Assembly: GCA_947258885.1 (NCBI GenBank)
Contig: CAMYKD010000001.1
Span: 102 to 64,101 of the forward strand
DNA from: an uncultured Kiloniellales bacterium
GTDB taxonomy: Bacteria > Pseudomonadota > Alphaproteobacteria > Kiloniellales > JAKSDN01
Direction: 5' to 3'
DNA: 64,000 bases
Below are positions 62,158-64,000 of the stretch, one piece after another (the stretch's first letter is position 1; each line of letters opens with the position of its first letter). A program made the position numbers and the translations under genes. The notes beneath the pieces were generated by a model that was not told the origin of the DNA, searched no databases, and worked only from the letters and a program-made list of their open reading frames with translations.

Positions 62158-62888
62158 TCGACGGGCTGTCCGTCCTGGCGCTGGTCACGGCGCGCGGCGG
62201 CTCGGCAGGACTGCCGCGCAAGAACCTCAGGGAGGTCGGCGGCCGGTCCCTGGTCGCCCGCGCGGTGCAGGCGGGCCAACGCGCCGAAACGGTCGACCGT
62301 GTCGTCCTGTCGTCCGACGACCCCGAGATCGTCCAGGCGGCCCTCCTGGCCGGCTGCGACGTCCCCTTCCTGCGCCCGGCCGGGCTGGCGGGCGACGAGG
62401 CGCGGTCGATCGACGTGGTGCGGCACGCGTTGCGGGCTTTGCCCGAGCGCTACGACCTGCTCGTCCTGCTGCAACCGACCTCGCCGCTGCGCGCGCCCGA
62501 AGACGTCGACGGCGCCGTCGAGCTCTGCGTGCGCCGCGGGGCGCCGGCCTGCGTTTCGATCTGTGCCGCGGACAAGCCGCCGTTCTGGATGCACGGGCTG
62601 GACGAGCGGCTCAGGCTCCGGCCGGTCCTGCCCGAGTACCGGCAGGCCTCGCGCCGCCAGGACCTGCCCCAGGCCTATGCGATAAACGGCGCGGTCTACG
62701 TCGCGCGCACGGACTGGATCATGGTGCTGGACAGCTTCGTCGGGCCGGACACGCTCGGCTACGTCATGCCCCGCGAGCGCTCGATCGACATCGACGACGA
62801 GTTCGATCTGGCAATCGCCGAGGCGCTGGAAGCGCGTCTCGAAGGGGAGGCAGGGAAGCCCGAGCGAGAACAGATGCGCAGTGCCTGA
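62154..62888 (+). CDS. neuA: acylneuraminate (nonulosonate) cytidylyltransferase NeuA/LegF family
   Basis: ALVTARGGSAGLPRKNL...LLQPTSPLR...NGAVYV. ATGA overlap with the aminotransferase stop. Confidence 0.9.
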   Translation: MIDGLSVLALVTARGGSAGLPRKNLREVGGRSLVARAVQAGQRAETVDRVVLSSDDPEIVQAALLAGCDVPFLRPAGLAGDEARSIDVVRHALRALPERYDLLVLLQPTSPLRAPEDVDGAVELCVRRGAPACVSICAADKPPFWMHGLDERLRLRPVLPEYRQASRRQDLPQAYAINGAVYVARTDWIMVLDSFVGPDTLGYVMPRERSIDIDDEFDLAIAEALEARLEGEAGKPEREQMRSA

Positions 62889-62904
62889 CCCGCTACCGGG
62901 TCGC

Positions 62905-64000
62905 TCAGACGCGACCCTGGTCCAGGTCATGGAATGTCTTTTGGATCAGCCGCGCCTCGTCCAGCGCGACGGTCCGAAGGACCTCGACCATGCGTTCGGC
63001 CGCGTGGCCATCGCCATAAGGATTAACGAGAGTCTTCAGACCGTTACGGAAATCTGGGCTCGTGACCCTGTGAATGCCTTCGAGGATGTCGTCGCGCCCG
63101 TAGCCCGTGGCGACGACGTTTTCGGGTGCCAGCCGGCCCAGCTGCCGGGTGCCGATATTGACCACCGGCAGTTTGAAGGACGCCGCCTCGACGATGCCGC
63201 TCGAGGAGTTGCCGACCATCGCAGCGGCCTGCGACATCAGGCGGAAGTACCCCACGGTTCCGAAATGCGGTACGCAGCGCGCGCGCGGGCAGTCCCGCAG
63301 AAACCGCTCGATCATCTCGATGATGACCCGGCCATTGGTGTCGGCGTTCGGATAGGTGAACACGAGCGGACGGCCGCAGTCCTCCAGCGCCGCCAGGAGG
63401 GCCTCCATGTAGCGCCGGGTCTCCTTGTATTCGCGCGTCACCGGATGGAAGGTGACGAGCAGCGGCGGCTCGCCGGCCTCCAGCTCGAGGTCGAAGCGGC
63501 GATCGAGGTCGTCCAGGGACAGGCGCTCGATCTCGTTTAGATTGTCGAGCCCCAGGGCGCCGGTGCAATGCACGCGCCACGGCTCTTCGCCCATCTGAAC
63601 GACCCGCCGGGCGTAGTCCTCGGTCTCCACGAAGTGCAGGTTGCTCAACTTCGTGATCGCGTGGCGGAAGGCGTCGTCGATCGCGCCGCCGCTGAGCGCG
63701 CCGCCCGCGATGTGCGCGATGGGGATCAGGAACGGCACCGCGGCCAACGCGGCGGCCTGCATCTCGAAGCGGTCCCCGAGGACCACGAGGAGATCCGGCC
63801 GGAGCTGTTCGTAAGCCTGGGCGAAACCGATGGTGCCCAGGCCCATCGAGCGGGCGATGCCGCCCGGCCGGTCGGAGGCCAAGGAGAGGTCGACCGTGAG
63901 CGCGATCTCGAAGCCGTCGCCGCGGATCTCTTCTATGGTGTTGCCGAACTCCGGCGCCAGATGCGTTCCGGCGGCCACCAGCGACAGCTCCAGGTCGGGC
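62905..64000 (-). CDS. neuC: UDP-N-acetylglucosamine 2-epimerase (hydrolysing), NeuC/LegG family, second copy; 5' end runs off the window
   Basis: IAHIAGGALSGGAIDDAFRHAITKLSNLHFV...VGNSSSGIVEAASFKLPVVNIGTRQLGR. The reading frame stays open to position 64000. Confidence 0.88.
   Translation of the reverse strand, partial: PDLELSLVAAGTHLAPEFGNTIEEIRGDGFEIALTVDLSLASDRPGGIARSMGLGTIGFAQAYEQLRPDLLVVLGDRFEMQAAALAAVPFLIPIAHIAGGALSGGAIDDAFRHAITKLSNLHFVETEDYARRVVQMGEEPWRVHCTGALGLDNLNEIERLSLDDLDRRFDLELEAGEPPLLVTFHPVTREYKETRRYMEALLAALEDCGRPLVFTYPNADTNGRVIIEMIERFLRDCPRARCVPHFGTVGYFRLMSQAAAMVGNSSSGIVEAASFKLPVVNIGTRQLGRLAPENVVATGYGRDDILEGIHRVTSPDFRNGLKTLVNPYGDGHAAERMVEVLRTVALDEARLIQKTFHDLDQGRV

Noticed and set aside
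1-64000. CRISPR arrays, tRNA/rRNA genes, transposases, integrases, prophage or toxin-antitoxin/defence modules
   Set aside because: I looked for regularly spaced direct repeats, cloverleaf-like or rRNA-like segments and the characteristic proteins in the ORF track, and recognised none. A tRNAscan, Rfam or defence-finder run would be the decisive check.

Overview
High-GC (~65%) alphaproteobacterial chromosome segment. The gene content is Rhodospirillales-like: che1-type cheA-W-Y-B-R, flbD, flaF/flbT and ctrA/chpT/sciP. Gene density is high and there are four functional blocks. (1) 1-8.3 kb is a surface-glycan locus. It holds a methyltransferase, a GT11 fucosyltransferase and a GT2 on the minus strand, with GC falling to ~43% at the left edge, then neuB-neuC plus a nucleotide-sugar dehydrogenase and an ELM1-family protein. 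(2) 8.4-23.7 kb holds two formate dehydrogenase systems. One is a Tat-exported FdnGHI-type enzyme preceded by DUF3305/DUF3306, a TorD-like chaperone and a small Tat-signal protein, and followed by a lipoprotein, a PepSY-like protein and a WD40-cytochrome c fusion. The other, convergent, is a cytoplasmic NAD-linked FdsB(G-fused)-FdsA pair followed by a secreted ankyrin-repeat protein. (3) 23.7-34.6 kb holds DUF3553, chpT, an iron ABC binding protein and permease, a cheA(REC hybrid)-cheW-cheY-cheB-cheR operon, and ctrA. (4) 34.7-64 kb is a flagellar and flagellin-glycosylation region. It contains fliI-fliJ and an ~11.7 kb minus-strand operon (fliF-fliG-fliH-fliN-motA-flbD-flhA-flhF-flhG plus an unknown 496-aa ORF). 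It also contains sciP, fliK-flgD-flgE, an HprK-like P-loop protein, flbT-flaF, and then maf with a legionaminic/nonulosonic-acid type sugar pathway. I found no rRNA, tRNA, CRISPR array, transposase or integrase. I do not see an obvious novel multi-gene system such as a defence island. The best leads are these: an HprK-like kinase-fold gene with its own -24/-12 (sigma-54) promoter inside the late flagellar cluster; an uncharacterised repeat-containing ORF translationally coupled to flhG; a structured, SD-sequestering leader in front of the periplasmic FDH genes; accessory redox or periplasmic proteins attached to both FDH operons; and a readable CtrA-box / sigma-54 promoter hierarchy. Many very long ORFs in the six-frame track are GC-driven shadow frames and were rejected.
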